Shown: positions 21,699 through 31,287 of the stretch, in pieces
Layout of the letters: every line of letters begins with the position of its first letter
Position numbering within the stretch: position 1 is the stretch's first letter
DNA from: a virus
Lineage: Duplodnaviria; Caudoviricetes
DNA length: 64,000 bases
IMG/VR virus record: IMGVR_UViG_3300026159_000398
Reading direction: 5' to 3' (one strand)
Program-made: the position numbers and the translations under genes
The notes under the pieces: generated by a model
Database searches by the model: none
What the model saw: the letters and a program-made list of their open reading frames with translations, nothing else
What the model was told of the DNA's origin: nothing

Positions 21699-22209
21699 AT
21701 CTTTTTGTTTAAGTGTAATTGTATTTCTTCGTCAATCAACTTCTCAAATGCATCATCTTCGAGTGCATGCATTTTATCAGGGTTCATGGCGATTTGGTAA
21801 AGGATATTGTAAATCATTTGACCAAAACGAAGATCGGGGTATGTCTTCCATAAACCACGAAGCTTTCCGATAATTCTGTCGATTCTGTCAATGTCTCTCA
21901 TTTGTAACCTTTTTTAATACACTCTTCAATTTCTTTTTCGGACCACATTTTACGTTTGGCCCATGCACCAGCCTTTTTGATTTTGATGTTCAAAACAGGT
22001 TGATGATTGTCTTGAACTAATTTGAAGAACCACCAATAAAGTTTTTCTTCGTCTTTTGTGGATGTCATACAAAAATCGTATCCTAAATACTGAGGACCAC
22101 CAGCTCTCATGTCAACAATATCATTACGCTCGCAGTCAATAGTGATCTCGAATACGTTTTTTGCCATGATGTTCACCACCATCTTTAGAGTTGTGACTCA
22201 CTCTTGATG

Positions 22210-22555
22210 TGGACCCGCGGAGAGTCGAACTCCGGTCTTACATAAATACAACTAATGTTGAATTACAAGCTTTTTTCATTTTTCTATCTTTGGTAGTGCA
22301 CCATAAAATGAATAAACGCGTAGCACCTAACATGTTTTTGTTTCAGTTGAAAGCCAACACCCAAATTGAATTCAATCAACCTATCCTCTAAATGAAGGTG
22401 ATCAGTAGTCGAGGAATCTATCTGACACCATGTTGCTTAGTTATTAAGCAGCGAGTTGTTCTTCAGCATTTAACTGTTTTGCCCCGTTTAACCACTCTGA
22501 GCAAGTGGGCTTGCACCATTAACTTTACCTCTGCAATCGAAACCAGTTCGGGCCC
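22210..22555 (-). ncRNA. ssrA: tmRNA, tag (A)AEEQLAA
   Basis: 5' GGGCCCGAACUGGUUUCGA; 3' T-arm and CGGGUCC-A with G3:U wobble; internal GCU GAA GAA CAA CUC GCU GCU UAA UAA. Confidence 0.93.
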
Positions 22556-23278
22556 TCAGGTTCTTAATTCTTTAATATCTTTTTCAGTGATAACAATAAA
22601 CTTATCACCTAAAATTTTTTTTGCAGCTTTAAATTTTGCTTTATTAACAGGATTTTTGACAGCAAAACTTGCTTTTATTTCTACTATTACATCTGTTTCA
22701 GGCAAATAAAAATCAGGGTAATAATAATGTTTTTGATTTTTAAAAAAATATAAAATTCTATGTTCTTTTGTGTCGGCTTTTTGAAATAAAATATTATTTT
22801 GTTCTAAAAATTTCATGTAATTTAATTCATAATTAGATTGATAAATAAAATCTTTATAAATACCTTGTTTTCCTCTGCCATTAACATTTTTATTTTTAGG
22901 ACTCCATGCATCTCTTGCTTTGGCGCGTTCAGTTTCGTTTTGATATCTTTTAGTTTGTGCTTCACTCATTTTCTTTTTAGCTATTTCTGAATGTGTTTTA
23001 CCTAATCTGATAGTATTATTTTTCATTATTTTGCTATAACGTTTTCGTTCTTTTGGATTATTGAATCTAACTTTTTGTGATTCGCTAATACTTCTTAAAC
23101 TAATATTGTTTGCTTTTAATACTCTTCGGATACATGTATCAGAACATCCAAACAATTTAGCAATTTGTCTAGGAATTTGTTTTTCATGGACATACAATCG
23201 TATAATCTCATTTTGTTGTTCAGAAGTAAACTTAATCATGGTTTTATGCTTCTTTGAAGTCTTGACATCCATCTGCAT
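22556..23278 (-). CDS. HTH/NUMOD3 + PD-(D/E)xK homing endonuclease
   Basis: YYPDFYL..VEIK; stop codon abuts tmRNA +1. Confidence 0.85.
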   Translation of the reverse strand: MQMDVKTSKKHKTMIKFTSEQQNEIIRLYVHEKQIPRQIAKLFGCSDTCIRRVLKANNISLRSISESQKVRFNNPKERKRYSKIMKNNTIRLGKTHSEIAKKKMSEAQTKRYQNETERAKARDAWSPKNKNVNGRGKQGIYKDFIYQSNYELNYMKFLEQNNILFQKADTKEHRILYFFKNQKHYYYPDFYLPETDVIVEIKASFAVKNPVNKAKFKAAKKILGDKFIVITEKDIKELRT

Positions 23279-23456
23279 TTCGTGGCATCATAATCATTGC
23301 ACCATATTTTTCAGACAATTTGGTACAAACAATATGTTGACCGAGAATTATCAATTTGAAAGCATCTTTATTCATCGAAGGAAATAAAGTATGTAGTTCA
23401 ACAATGGGAATATCTCCACCTCTGACACAAAATTCGCAGTTATGCATAATTCCTCC

Positions 23457-23534
23457 AAAAAAAATACCGTGGAGACCAAGCAAAAATCTTTTTAAAACCC
23501 GCCTATCTCCACCAGCTTGATTCTCCACGGTATT
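23457..23534 (-). ncRNA. Candidate ~75-nt hairpin RNA or attenuator
   Basis: ~19-bp stem AAUACCGUGGAGAAUCAAGC/GCUUGGUCUCCACGGUAUU plus U-tract, right after an AATATAATT promoter. Confidence 0.5.
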
Positions 23535-23707
23535 AACTTATATAATTATATTACGTCATTCACTGCTTTGTTTAGATTTTTTATGCGCATCATCCGGAAT
23601 TTTTTCGTCCCATGATAAGCAACTATAAATTCCGTTTTCTGGCGCTTTACAGAAATGACATTCTGCTTCAGAAAGAACGATCTGCTTACTTTTTTTACAG
23701 TAACCTA

Positions 23708-25324
23708 TCATATCTTTCCAGCAACAAATTCACTTATTACTCGAGGCGCATTTGCATCAAATCCTACGATGTCCAACATTCCAGCATCATTTGGGTCAGC
23801 AATTGAGAATCCATTACTGTTCATACCCACAACGATCAGACGAGCATCATGAACAAATTGGTTACGGTATTGTTTCAATGCTTGCACAGGTTGAATATTT
23901 CCAGCCCATGTTTCATTGTCTGTGTAGACGATGAAAGCATCAAACATATATTTCTTTTCTTTTGCCCAAATCATTGGCAATGCGCAATCTGTTCCTCCGA
24001 AATTGACACCATCAACTTTGTTCAAAATGGCTTCAAAACTCATGTTTGGAGTAATGTCAAGTTTTTGGAATCTGTTGTTGAAAGCCATGATTGTGTATTC
24101 TTTTTCAACACGAGCAGTTACCATAGCCATCAATGCTGAACATTCAGCACATGTTAAAATTCCACTTGAAATTTCAGAACTCATAGAGCCTGATACGTCT
24201 ATTCCAAGAAGCATTCTTTTTCCAGAAGGCTCAATTGTTTTGAAGCTCAAGTAAAACGCTTGTTCAAGAGCATCAACAATTTTTCGCACTGGAGTCCATG
24301 TCAAGTTGCCTCTGAAGCCACGACCCATGCTATAAGTTTTTTGAGCGAGAAGAATATCCATAGGGTGAATACGGCTTTTCTTTAGATACGCTTCATCTGT
24401 GATTTTACTTACGACCATGCTCACGTATTCATTTTGGCCACTATCAAGAACTCCAATAGAAGTCAGACGATTCAAGTTGCGAATGAGAGCCTTCAGAGGA
24501 ATATCTTTCAAAGCTGCTTTCCATACTGCGACATTGTTTTTTATCTCAGTTGGCCATGCATCTTGAGGAATCTTGTGCTCAGCGATCAATTCAATAGAAC
24601 GCTTGACATCTTCTGCACGAAGAGACTTCAATTCTTCGGTTGCATAAACCAAAGGAAGATCTTCTGTAAACTCGTTCTTTACGGCATACTTAAACAACTG
24701 TGCGTGCACAGGAGTCATAGGTTTGACGTGTGCAGAACGCAGAATATCTTTGTGTGTCCATTGGTTCTCTGTTCCTTGAACAGTACGGCCTGCATATTTG
24801 ATCATTTGATATTCAAGTTTTGTTGGGTCCATTGAATACCAGTTGCCAAATGCGTTACGAATGGCACGTCCCCAGCTTCTCAGATCGTCAATGTACTGGG
24901 CAAATGTAAACATGTGTGTTCCAGTACGGCAAATCTCAGGGAACATTCTCGATGCCGCATGTTTGATTATCTTGTCGTCTGTTTCTGAAAACAAAACTGC
25001 AAGCAGCATAATTGCTGGGTCATTCTTGTGTGCACGGCCTTCGACAGAAATATTGTACAGCATTGTAAGAACTTTTCCTGCATCTTCCTTAATGCAAGCA
25101 ATGCTGTTCTTGATATTCTCTTTTGTCAGTTTGTTTTCACGTATGTAGTAAGTGCCGCCCTCACTTCCGAGAATCAGGAATCTTTCAAGACGTTTCCATT
25201 TGTCAAGTGCAAATGAGAATCCACCGGCTGAGTTGGCAACCATGTCTGCCTCACGACCTGGTATAGGTTTTGATTGAGGAGTAACAGTTTTCTTTGCTTG
25301 ACTGTTTGTGTAGTTGTGTGCCAT
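23708..25324 (-). CDS. rsr: Ro60/TROVE domain RNA-binding protein
   Basis: NSAGG, RFLILGSEGGTYY, W.HKDILR..H; vWA DVSGSM, GGTDC.LPM and YTDNETW. Confidence 0.96.
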   Translation of the reverse strand: MAHNYTNSQAKKTVTPQSKPIPGREADMVANSAGGFSFALDKWKRLERFLILGSEGGTYYIRENKLTKENIKNSIACIKEDAGKVLTMLYNISVEGRAHKNDPAIMLLAVLFSETDDKIIKHAASRMFPEICRTGTHMFTFAQYIDDLRSWGRAIRNAFGNWYSMDPTKLEYQMIKYAGRTVQGTENQWTHKDILRSAHVKPMTPVHAQLFKYAVKNEFTEDLPLVYATEELKSLRAEDVKRSIELIAEHKIPQDAWPTEIKNNVAVWKAALKDIPLKALIRNLNRLTSIGVLDSGQNEYVSMVVSKITDEAYLKKSRIHPMDILLAQKTYSMGRGFRGNLTWTPVRKIVDALEQAFYLSFKTIEPSGKRMLLGIDVSGSMSSEISSGILTCAECSALMAMVTARVEKEYTIMAFNNRFQKLDITPNMSFEAILNKVDGVNFGGTDCALPMIWAKEKKYMFDAFIVYTDNETWAGNIQPVQALKQYRNQFVHDARLIVVGMNSNGFSIADPNDAGMLDIVGFDANAPRVISEFVAGKI

Positions 25325-25354
25325 TTTATATCTCCATTTAGATTATTTGCGACC

Positions 25355-25392
25355 AAAAAAAACCACCCGTATCATCATTTGGTACGGGTGGT
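25355..25392 (-). terminator. Intrinsic terminator (attenuator) 30 nt upstream of Ro60
   Basis: ACCACCCGUA/UACGGGUGGU 10-bp stem followed by a U run. Confidence 0.85.
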
Positions 25393-25459
25393 CTTGTGGT
25401 TGGTTCGTAGCTTCAAAGATTTTACCTCCTCGCTAGGAACCATCATACAATAGGTATCT

Positions 25460-25511
25460 GATAACGCTTATCCCCCGTACCTTTTAAATAAGGTCAAATT
25501 TTTGGAAAGCG
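25460..25511 (-). promoter_or_regulatory. Circularly permuted Y-RNA-like Ro-binding helix in the Ro60 leader
   Basis: CGCUUUCC..UUGACCUU-loop-AAGGUACGG..GGAUAAGCG-UUAUC: the two strands of the Y RNA at 25611 in swapped order. Confidence 0.7.
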
Positions 25512-25610
25512 ATATTGCTCTCTATTGAGAGCAGCGATTTTTAAAACCGTTAAGTCATAAAAATCTCCTGTAAAAATAAGTTCGTTGAGACTAGTAACTA
25601 ATAAAAAATT

Positions 25611-25699
25611 GATCGGTCAAGTTGATGGATTGGGAGAGTGGCACATGGCCACGATACACACCAAAAGTTTGTAGATAACCCAAGTCCTTCCGTACCGTC
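25611..25699 (-). ncRNA. Y RNA
   Basis: 5' GACGGUACGGAAGGACUUGGGUUAUCU..CCCAAUCCAUCAACUUGACCGAUC 3'; paired ends with bulged helix, follows promoter, upstream of Ro60. Confidence 0.82.
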
Positions 25700-25728
25700 T
25701 AAACTATATAGAATTATATTACATGCGA

Positions 25729-26214
25729 CTATTTTTTTATAGGTTTTTTTTCTTTTTTTGCCACTTTTTTCTTGCGTGCGGCTTTAACTTCTGCTAATCT
25801 TTCGTCTTCTTTTTCTTGAAAAGCTTTCTGCAGTGCTATAGATTGTTCGTGATGGATTTTGGTATTGACATTCATTGTTGCCATAAGCCAATTTTTACGG
25901 AGCCATCTTATAAGTTCAACAATTGGAAGAGATGTAATTCCTGCGACAACTATATCAGAACCACCAATAACCCAATACATTTCATTGACGGTTTTGAATG
26001 TCACGAATCCTGAAAAAATCCATCCAATCATATTAACATGAAGCCACCCAATACAAAATACAACTCCAGCAAATATACACATTATCGCTACTGAAATGGC
26101 TATTATCAATAAAAACCCCGCAAGACATCGTGGTCCTGTGAATAAAGCATGTTTAAGTTCTTCTCTTTTCAGTCGAAAGAATTCTTTCCAGATCATTTTA
26201 AGTTTATTATCCAT
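25729..26214 (-). CDS. Membrane protein
   Basis: Long hydrophobic stretches, basic tail. Confidence 0.65.
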   Translation of the reverse strand: MDNKLKMIWKEFFRLKREELKHALFTGPRCLAGFLLIIAISVAIMCIFAGVVFCIGWLHVNMIGWIFSGFVTFKTVNEMYWVIGGSDIVVAGITSLPIVELIRWLRKNWLMATMNVNTKIHHEQSIALQKAFQEKEDERLAEVKAARKKKVAKKEKKPIKK

Positions 26215-26216
26215 AT

Positions 26217-26453
26217 TTATTTCCTTACCATTACTTTACAATTTCTCATTATCGATGTAGAAAAACAATATGTTTTTGAATAATCTGTATTTTGGCGACA
26301 AATTGTTGATTCTTTGATTGCAACTTTGTATTCTTGTTCTGAACATTTATATTCTTCAAGAGCATAGTTGTAATTTGTTCCAACTTCATGTCCCAGACAA
26401 CCAACAAAAAATAGTAAACAAATAAACAATAGTGCTTTTTTCATTACTTCCAC
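26217..26453 (-). CDS. Putative lipoprotein
   Basis: MKKALLFICLLFFVGC. Confidence 0.55.
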   Translation of the reverse strand: MEVMKKALLFICLLFFVGCLGHEVGTNYNYALEEYKCSEQEYKVAIKESTICRQNTDYSKTYCFSTSIMRNCKVMVRK

Positions 26454-27577
26454 CTTTTCATTTTTGACGATATTGGCGAATGGCTTATAAATACATCAAC
26501 AATCTTGAATTTCCTTTTGAGAGTGAAAAAAATCCATGATACAAATTGATCTTCATCATCAAAATAGATTATTTCACCATCGTGTATAAGCCGCCATTCA
26601 TTCTCAATGCAATCAAGGCATGTAATTACCAGATTGAAAGGAACATTTCGTAAATAAGCATCTTTATAAATGCCATATTCAAGCCAATCATAATCAAGAA
26701 GCCCTACTCTGAATTTACCTTGCGGCGAATCATCAAAGTTTTGTTCAAACGGATTTGGCTTGATATTATGAGGAATATGTTCAGTTGGGTGCGGACCATT
26801 TCCATGACGAGTATGGTACGCTCGAGTGACAATCCAAGGAAAAGGCGTATATTGAACAAAATTCCTGCTTCCTGTGTTGGAAGGAGTCACATGCGGAAAA
26901 AATCCATTATGTTGGTCAAGAAGCAATCCTTGGGAGCCTTCATAAATAAGACTTTTGAATTCTTTGCCTTTTCTATCTTTTGTAAGATTGTCAGGTGCCA
27001 TTTTTACAAAAGGATTATTCGTAATAATGAAGCTTGCGTTCAGAAAATTCTTCACATATTCAGTATCATATTCGCATTTATAGTGTTTAGCAATAAGCTT
27101 CAATTTTTCATGAAGAACAGATTGATAAAATAAATCTTCAAATTTTAGATGATAAAAGTTTTCTTCACGACGGTATGTCGCGTTGATTCCAAGCCCGCAA
27201 CTTCCATGAGCATTTTGGCTTTCTGCTATTCTGCCAGCTCCAATATCGTATGGAGTTGTCACAGGACAGCGGCGATCAATGTAGAGTTCGGGTTCAATGC
27301 CCATTTTCATGAGCATATCAAGTTCGACTAAAAGAGCTACGGGGTCAATGGTACACTCAGGGAACCAATAAGTCGGAATTCCTCTGAGTGTACCACTGCC
27401 GAAACTTGAGAACACATGGCTAGTTTTTTCATCTACAACAACTTGATGACCTGCCTGTTGGCCTCCGCAGTAACGTACCACAAGCGGGCGTTTTAATTTC
27501 TGACAAAGGTAGTCAACAACCATACCTTTCCCTTCATCACCAAAACCTGCGCCAATTACTGCGTTGCTAACATTCAT
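26444..27577 (-). CDS. purA: Adenylosuccinate synthetase-like protein
   Basis: GFGDEGKG, GGQQAGH, HGSCG.G, EGSQGLLLD and TRHGNGP. Confidence 0.88.
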   Translation of the reverse strand: MNVSNAVIGAGFGDEGKGMVVDYLCQKLKRPLVVRYCGGQQAGHQVVVDEKTSHVFSSFGSGTLRGIPTYWFPECTIDPVALLVELDMLMKMGIEPELYIDRRCPVTTPYDIGAGRIAESQNAHGSCGLGINATYRREENFYHLKFEDLFYQSVLHEKLKLIAKHYKCEYDTEYVKNFLNASFIITNNPFVKMAPDNLTKDRKGKEFKSLIYEGSQGLLLDQHNGFFPHVTPSNTGSRNFVQYTPFPWIVTRAYHTRHGNGPHPTEHIPHNIKPNPFEQNFDDSPQGKFRVGLLDYDWLEYGIYKDAYLRNVPFNLVITCLDCIENEWRLIHDGEIIYFDDEDQFVSWIFFTLKRKFKIVDVFISHSPISSKMKRWK

Positions 27578-28491
27578 TAAAGTATGATCTCCTGTTTTGT
27601 TGTGTTGTTTGTTCCTGCTGTGTTGCTCATATTAGGGATATCGCCTTGACGATTTTTGACAATAATGTCAGAAATAATTCCATCGATATCCTTGTGACTG
27701 TCTGCAACAAATAAATGATCTTTAAGAATCTGTTTCCAATCATCTACCGTTGATGACATACTTCCTGCATACGTTTCTACCACGTGAATGTGATAGCATT
27801 CGTATTTCTTGGAAGCTTCTGCAAGCAATTCTTCTGTGGTAAAATCATGATATTGGCCAGGGCCCATGATTCTTTCGAGATCGCGTGCATTAAGAGTCTT
27901 CAAAACTGGCTCATCACCAATCGTTATGAGAATTCCTTTTTTGCCGCGTTTTTCGAAACAATCGATGGAGGTATGGAATGCTGCAAAATACCATGCCAAC
28001 ATGTAGCTTTCACCAGTGTTTCCACCACCACGGCCTTCAAGCCAGGTGTCTCCGAGCCAGTTGTCAAGAAGCTCATCACTTGTTTCAAACTGACCAACCT
28101 GAAGAGGTGCCGAATCGCATGTGTGGTCACCTATCGCAAGAAATAAAACTTGAGGATGCTTTATTCCTTTTTGATAAATCTTGTTCATGATGTTAGGGAG
28201 TCCCTTCTTTATCATGAAATTAGGAACAGAACCCATCGAACCAGTAACATCAAGTGCGATAATTATCGCATCAGATTCAGGGTGTTCTTCAGAATCACGC
28301 GATTCACGAATTTTTACGCCATTGGGATTCATGCTCGCCTTCATGCCATGAGCATCATAAAGGCGATTATTATCCAGCATATCAAAATCGGCCATGTTGT
28401 CGACTTTGAATTTGCTTTTGAGGCGCAAATTACGAGGGTTGAGTTCAGCATCTCCTACGTAATTGACGATCGAATAACTTCCGTGACCCAT
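27577..28491 (-). CDS. vWA domain protein
   Basis: ALDVTGSMG MIDAS, GGGNTGESY and IGDE. Confidence 0.82.
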   Translation of the reverse strand: MGHGSYSIVNYVGDAELNPRNLRLKSKFKVDNMADFDMLDNNRLYDAHGMKASMNPNGVKIRESRDSEEHPESDAIIIALDVTGSMGSVPNFMIKKGLPNIMNKIYQKGIKHPQVLFLAIGDHTCDSAPLQVGQFETSDELLDNWLGDTWLEGRGGGNTGESYMLAWYFAAFHTSIDCFEKRGKKGILITIGDEPVLKTLNARDLERIMGPGQYHDFTTEELLAEASKKYECYHIHVVETYAGSMSSTVDDWKQILKDHLFVADSHKDIDGIISDIIVKNRQGDIPNMSNTAGTNNTTKQEIIL

Positions 28492-28493
28492 AG

Positions 28494-28850
28494 TTACTTC
28501 GCTCCTTCGCCGAACAGTTGTTTGTATTGCTCTTTGGCGATCTCGAGAGTTATTTCGAGATTCCTGATGTCAATGCCCCTCTTGATATCCGTTTCGGTAA
28601 AAACAGCGGCATCAAAATCTTTGGGAGCAACAACAGTGCTGACTGCGTTGTTAGGTGCGAGGTCGATGCTGTTTTCGCGTACGCGTCTCAGCTTCTTGAT
28701 ATCATCTTCGATATCTTCGATCTTGCGCCTGTAAAGACGTTCAGTGTCTTCAAAGATCGCTTGAGCACGATCTTCACGAATCTGTTTCGCATTGCGTTTC
28801 AGAGACGTAAGAAAAGTACCTTCAACTTTTACTTCTTCATTATCTACCAT
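28494..28850 (-). CDS. Coiled-coil hypothetical protein
   Basis: Operonic with vWA and purA-like genes. Confidence 0.65.
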   Translation of the reverse strand: MVDNEEVKVEGTFLTSLKRNAKQIREDRAQAIFEDTERLYRRKIEDIEDDIKKLRRVRENSIDLAPNNAVSTVVAPKDFDAAVFTETDIKRGIDIRNLEITLEIAKEQYKQLFGEGAK

Positions 28851-29169
28851 GCGCTTTCTCCTTTTATTAAGATTTTAAAATTGCGTTTATAGCGTCAATT
28901 TTCTTTTGTAATGCATTGCGTTCTTTTACGGCATTTTCATCGATACGGTATTCTCTTTTAAGAATCTCATCTACCCATTCTTTGTTGAGAATTGCAACAC
29001 CGTGAGCAGCTTCTTCAGTAAAGAAATATCCACGAGTTTCGCCAATCATTACTGAATAAAAACTTCTGACAATGTCCTCAATCATTTTATCTTTAAAATG
29101 CTTATTGAGCTTTGTCAACTCCTGATAGACATCATCAGGAACTTCAAATTCTAATTTTACTTTTTTCAT

Positions 29170-29589
29170 TTAATCCTTATTGTATTGAAGTGTGCCATCG
29201 GGATAAATGACAACAATTCGTTTTCCTGATTTTCTGGCGTAACGAATAGTTGCCCATGTGCCTGAACGAAGTTCTTCAGCATATTCCCATGGTGTTGCGA
29301 TCAAAAGTCCGCATTCATCTACAATATCATGATTGCGAACTAAATAAGGTTTTTCATCACGTGTTTCGTTAAAGGACGTGAATGCTCTTTTAGAAGGATT
29401 TTCAGGCGGATGACAGACCACATGAACATCAGGTTGAACATAAATTACAGCTTCAACTGCTTCTTTGTCTGCGCCAACACAGTCACCATGGTGAAATTCA
29501 TCAATACGAAGTTTTTTGATAATTTCACCAAAGGTGCGTAACTGTTCGGCAGTCATGCCGTTTTGTGTTCCTGTAAATCCGACCTTCAT
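29170..29589 (-). CDS. SLOG/YspA-like nucleotide-binding protein
   Basis: GFTGT, HGDCVGAD, RNHDIVD and SGTWATIRYA. Confidence 0.75.
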   Translation of the reverse strand: MKVGFTGTQNGMTAEQLRTFGEIIKKLRIDEFHHGDCVGADKEAVEAVIYVQPDVHVVCHPPENPSKRAFTSFNETRDEKPYLVRNHDIVDECGLLIATPWEYAEELRSGTWATIRYARKSGKRIVVIYPDGTLQYNKD

Positions 29590-29595
29590 GAATAA

Positions 29596-30237
29596 TTATA
29601 TTGGTGCGGCAGGTCCTATGTTTAGGAAAAAAGTGGGCCAGCGCTTCTTAAATTCCCAAAGCAAAGGAATCATAATGCGCTTCATGTCTGGGTGGGCGGC
29701 GTCTGCGGTTCTTAATTCAAAGATATGACGCCATTCGCGGATATTAGCTTTTACGACAATTTCAGTCTTCAAATCATTTGGTAGGATGCCCCTCGCTGCG
29801 TTAGGCGGCAAGCCAGCGGCAATCATTTTCATGTACATTTCTTCAACCGCAATAAGAGTTTTAATGTAATCATTAAGGACTACACTCCCTTCACTTCCGG
29901 TAAGCCAATACGGATTTATGAATGTAATCTCATTACCAAATTTGTCTTTTGAGTAGTTGCAATAACGGGTGCTTTCTTGTGCGAAGCTGCACATACGATG
30001 GCGGACAATCTCATGTGTAAATCCACGATTATGAATGAATCGAACAGTGATGTCTGCAAATTCAATCATGGCTTCATGGCCACGTTTGATTATGTTTTCT
30101 ACAAAATGTTCTGCAGAATCTTCTGTGATTTTGTCTTCGGATTTGTAGCAAGTCCTTGCTGCACATTCAATTGCTTGAAGAAGAATTTCGGCGGTGCTAT
30201 CTATGAGGATGTGAAAACTCGGCTCTATTAACTGCAT
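29596..30237 (-). CDS. thyX: Flavin-dependent thymidylate synthase
   Basis: HEIVRHRMCSFAQESTRY, ARGILP and NIREWRH. Confidence 0.95.
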   Translation of the reverse strand: MQLIEPSFHILIDSTAEILLQAIECAARTCYKSEDKITEDSAEHFVENIIKRGHEAMIEFADITVRFIHNRGFTHEIVRHRMCSFAQESTRYCNYSKDKFGNEITFINPYWLTGSEGSVVLNDYIKTLIAVEEMYMKMIAAGLPPNAARGILPNDLKTEIVVKANIREWRHIFELRTADAAHPDMKRIMIPLLWEFKKRWPTFFLNIGPAAPI

Positions 30238-30475
30238 TTACTCTCTCCTGAATTTTCAGATCGGTTTTCAAATTGATCACATGTTTCTGAACTTTGTTTG
30301 CTTATTATGTTTTCTTTATCAATATGGCAATCGCCTTTAACATTTTGAACTGATTTTTCTCCAAAAATTTCATGAATAAATGGGTTATAAATGCTATGCC
30401 ACGATTTGCAATTAAAACACACTTTTTCTTTTGGATGAGATGCTTCTTTTACTTTGAACATTTACTCTCTCCTGT

Positions 30476-31138
30476 TTAAAAAATTATCTTTCTTCCTTTA
30501 ATCCAACCTTGATCTAACCATTTTTGAAGATCAGATTTAGGAATTGATTTACTTATTTTTGTCTCTAAACTATGAATCCAACAATTACCATAATTTGAAT
30601 TATTTTTACCTTGCTGATATTTAGAATTCGCTTTTCCTATTTTCTTTTTGGATTCATCTGTATGTTTTTTGCCAGTCCATGACCAGCCGCCTTTCTTTTC
30701 AAATGTTTTACGAGTTGAATTAACTCTTTTTTGTAATTGTTCTTTAGAATTCCATTTATCTAGATATGCTTTTCTAAATTCTAAATCATTTTTTACTTTA
30801 TCACCGGTAATTCTACCACCAATTAAACCAGACTTCGAAGGTGATTTTTCTAAATCTGTAGCTTGCCCACCAACCTGACAGTTATATGTATCATCACGAG
30901 CAACAAATTCGTCATCTACAATTTGTTGTTCTCTACGATTCATATCTTCATAATCTTCACAAAAAAATAAAATTTCTTTTTTAAAATTTTCTTTTCCAAA
31001 TAATTTAATATCACGATGCAAAAGTATTCCACTACCCAAATAATTGTCATTCGGATTTGTAGTTTGATGTTGACCGATATAAATTTTATTATTGACTAAA
31101 CATGTTGTTTTATAAATAGTGAAATATTGTTTTTTCAT
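30476..31138 (-). CDS. GIY-YIG (Seg-like) homing endonuclease with NUMOD3
   Basis: IYKTT..YIGQH..YLGSG..YN. Confidence 0.88.
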   Translation of the reverse strand: MKKQYFTIYKTTCLVNNKIYIGQHQTTNPNDNYLGSGILLHRDIKLFGKENFKKEILFFCEDYEDMNRREQQIVDDEFVARDDTYNCQVGGQATDLEKSPSKSGLIGGRITGDKVKNDLEFRKAYLDKWNSKEQLQKRVNSTRKTFEKKGGWSWTGKKHTDESKKKIGKANSKYQQGKNNSNYGNCWIHSLETKISKSIPKSDLQKWLDQGWIKGRKIIF

Positions 31139-31144
31139 AAAAAA

Positions 31145-31169
31145 CCTCTTAATAAATTATATTAAGAGG
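31145..31169 (-). promoter_or_regulatory. SD-sequestering hairpin with embedded AATATAATT promoter
   Basis: CCUCUUAAU-AUAAUUU-AUUAAGAGG. Confidence 0.75.
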
Positions 31170-31209
31170 CAGTTCAATTTTTGTTCAATATTTTTTATTG
31201 AACTCTGAT

Positions 31210-31283
31210 TATCCTCCGGCAGAGTCGAACTGCCATCACTGAGTTCGTAGCCCAGTACTCTAAATCCATTGAGCTAGGAGGAC
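31210..31283 (-). tRNA. tRNA-Arg(ACG)
   Basis: Cloverleaf, loop CU-ACG-AA. Confidence 0.9.
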
Positions 31284-31287
31284 GAAT

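Noticed and set aside
23640-23690. Hammerhead ribozyme downstream of Ro60
   Set aside because: CUGAAG and GAAA are present but fall inside stems, not in the required three-way junction
26444-27577. PurZ / Z-genome (2-aminoadenine) pathway
   Set aside because: The motif is GDEGKG with the PurA catalytic Asp, not the Ser-containing PurZ motif, and no DatZ/MazZ-like neighbour was seen
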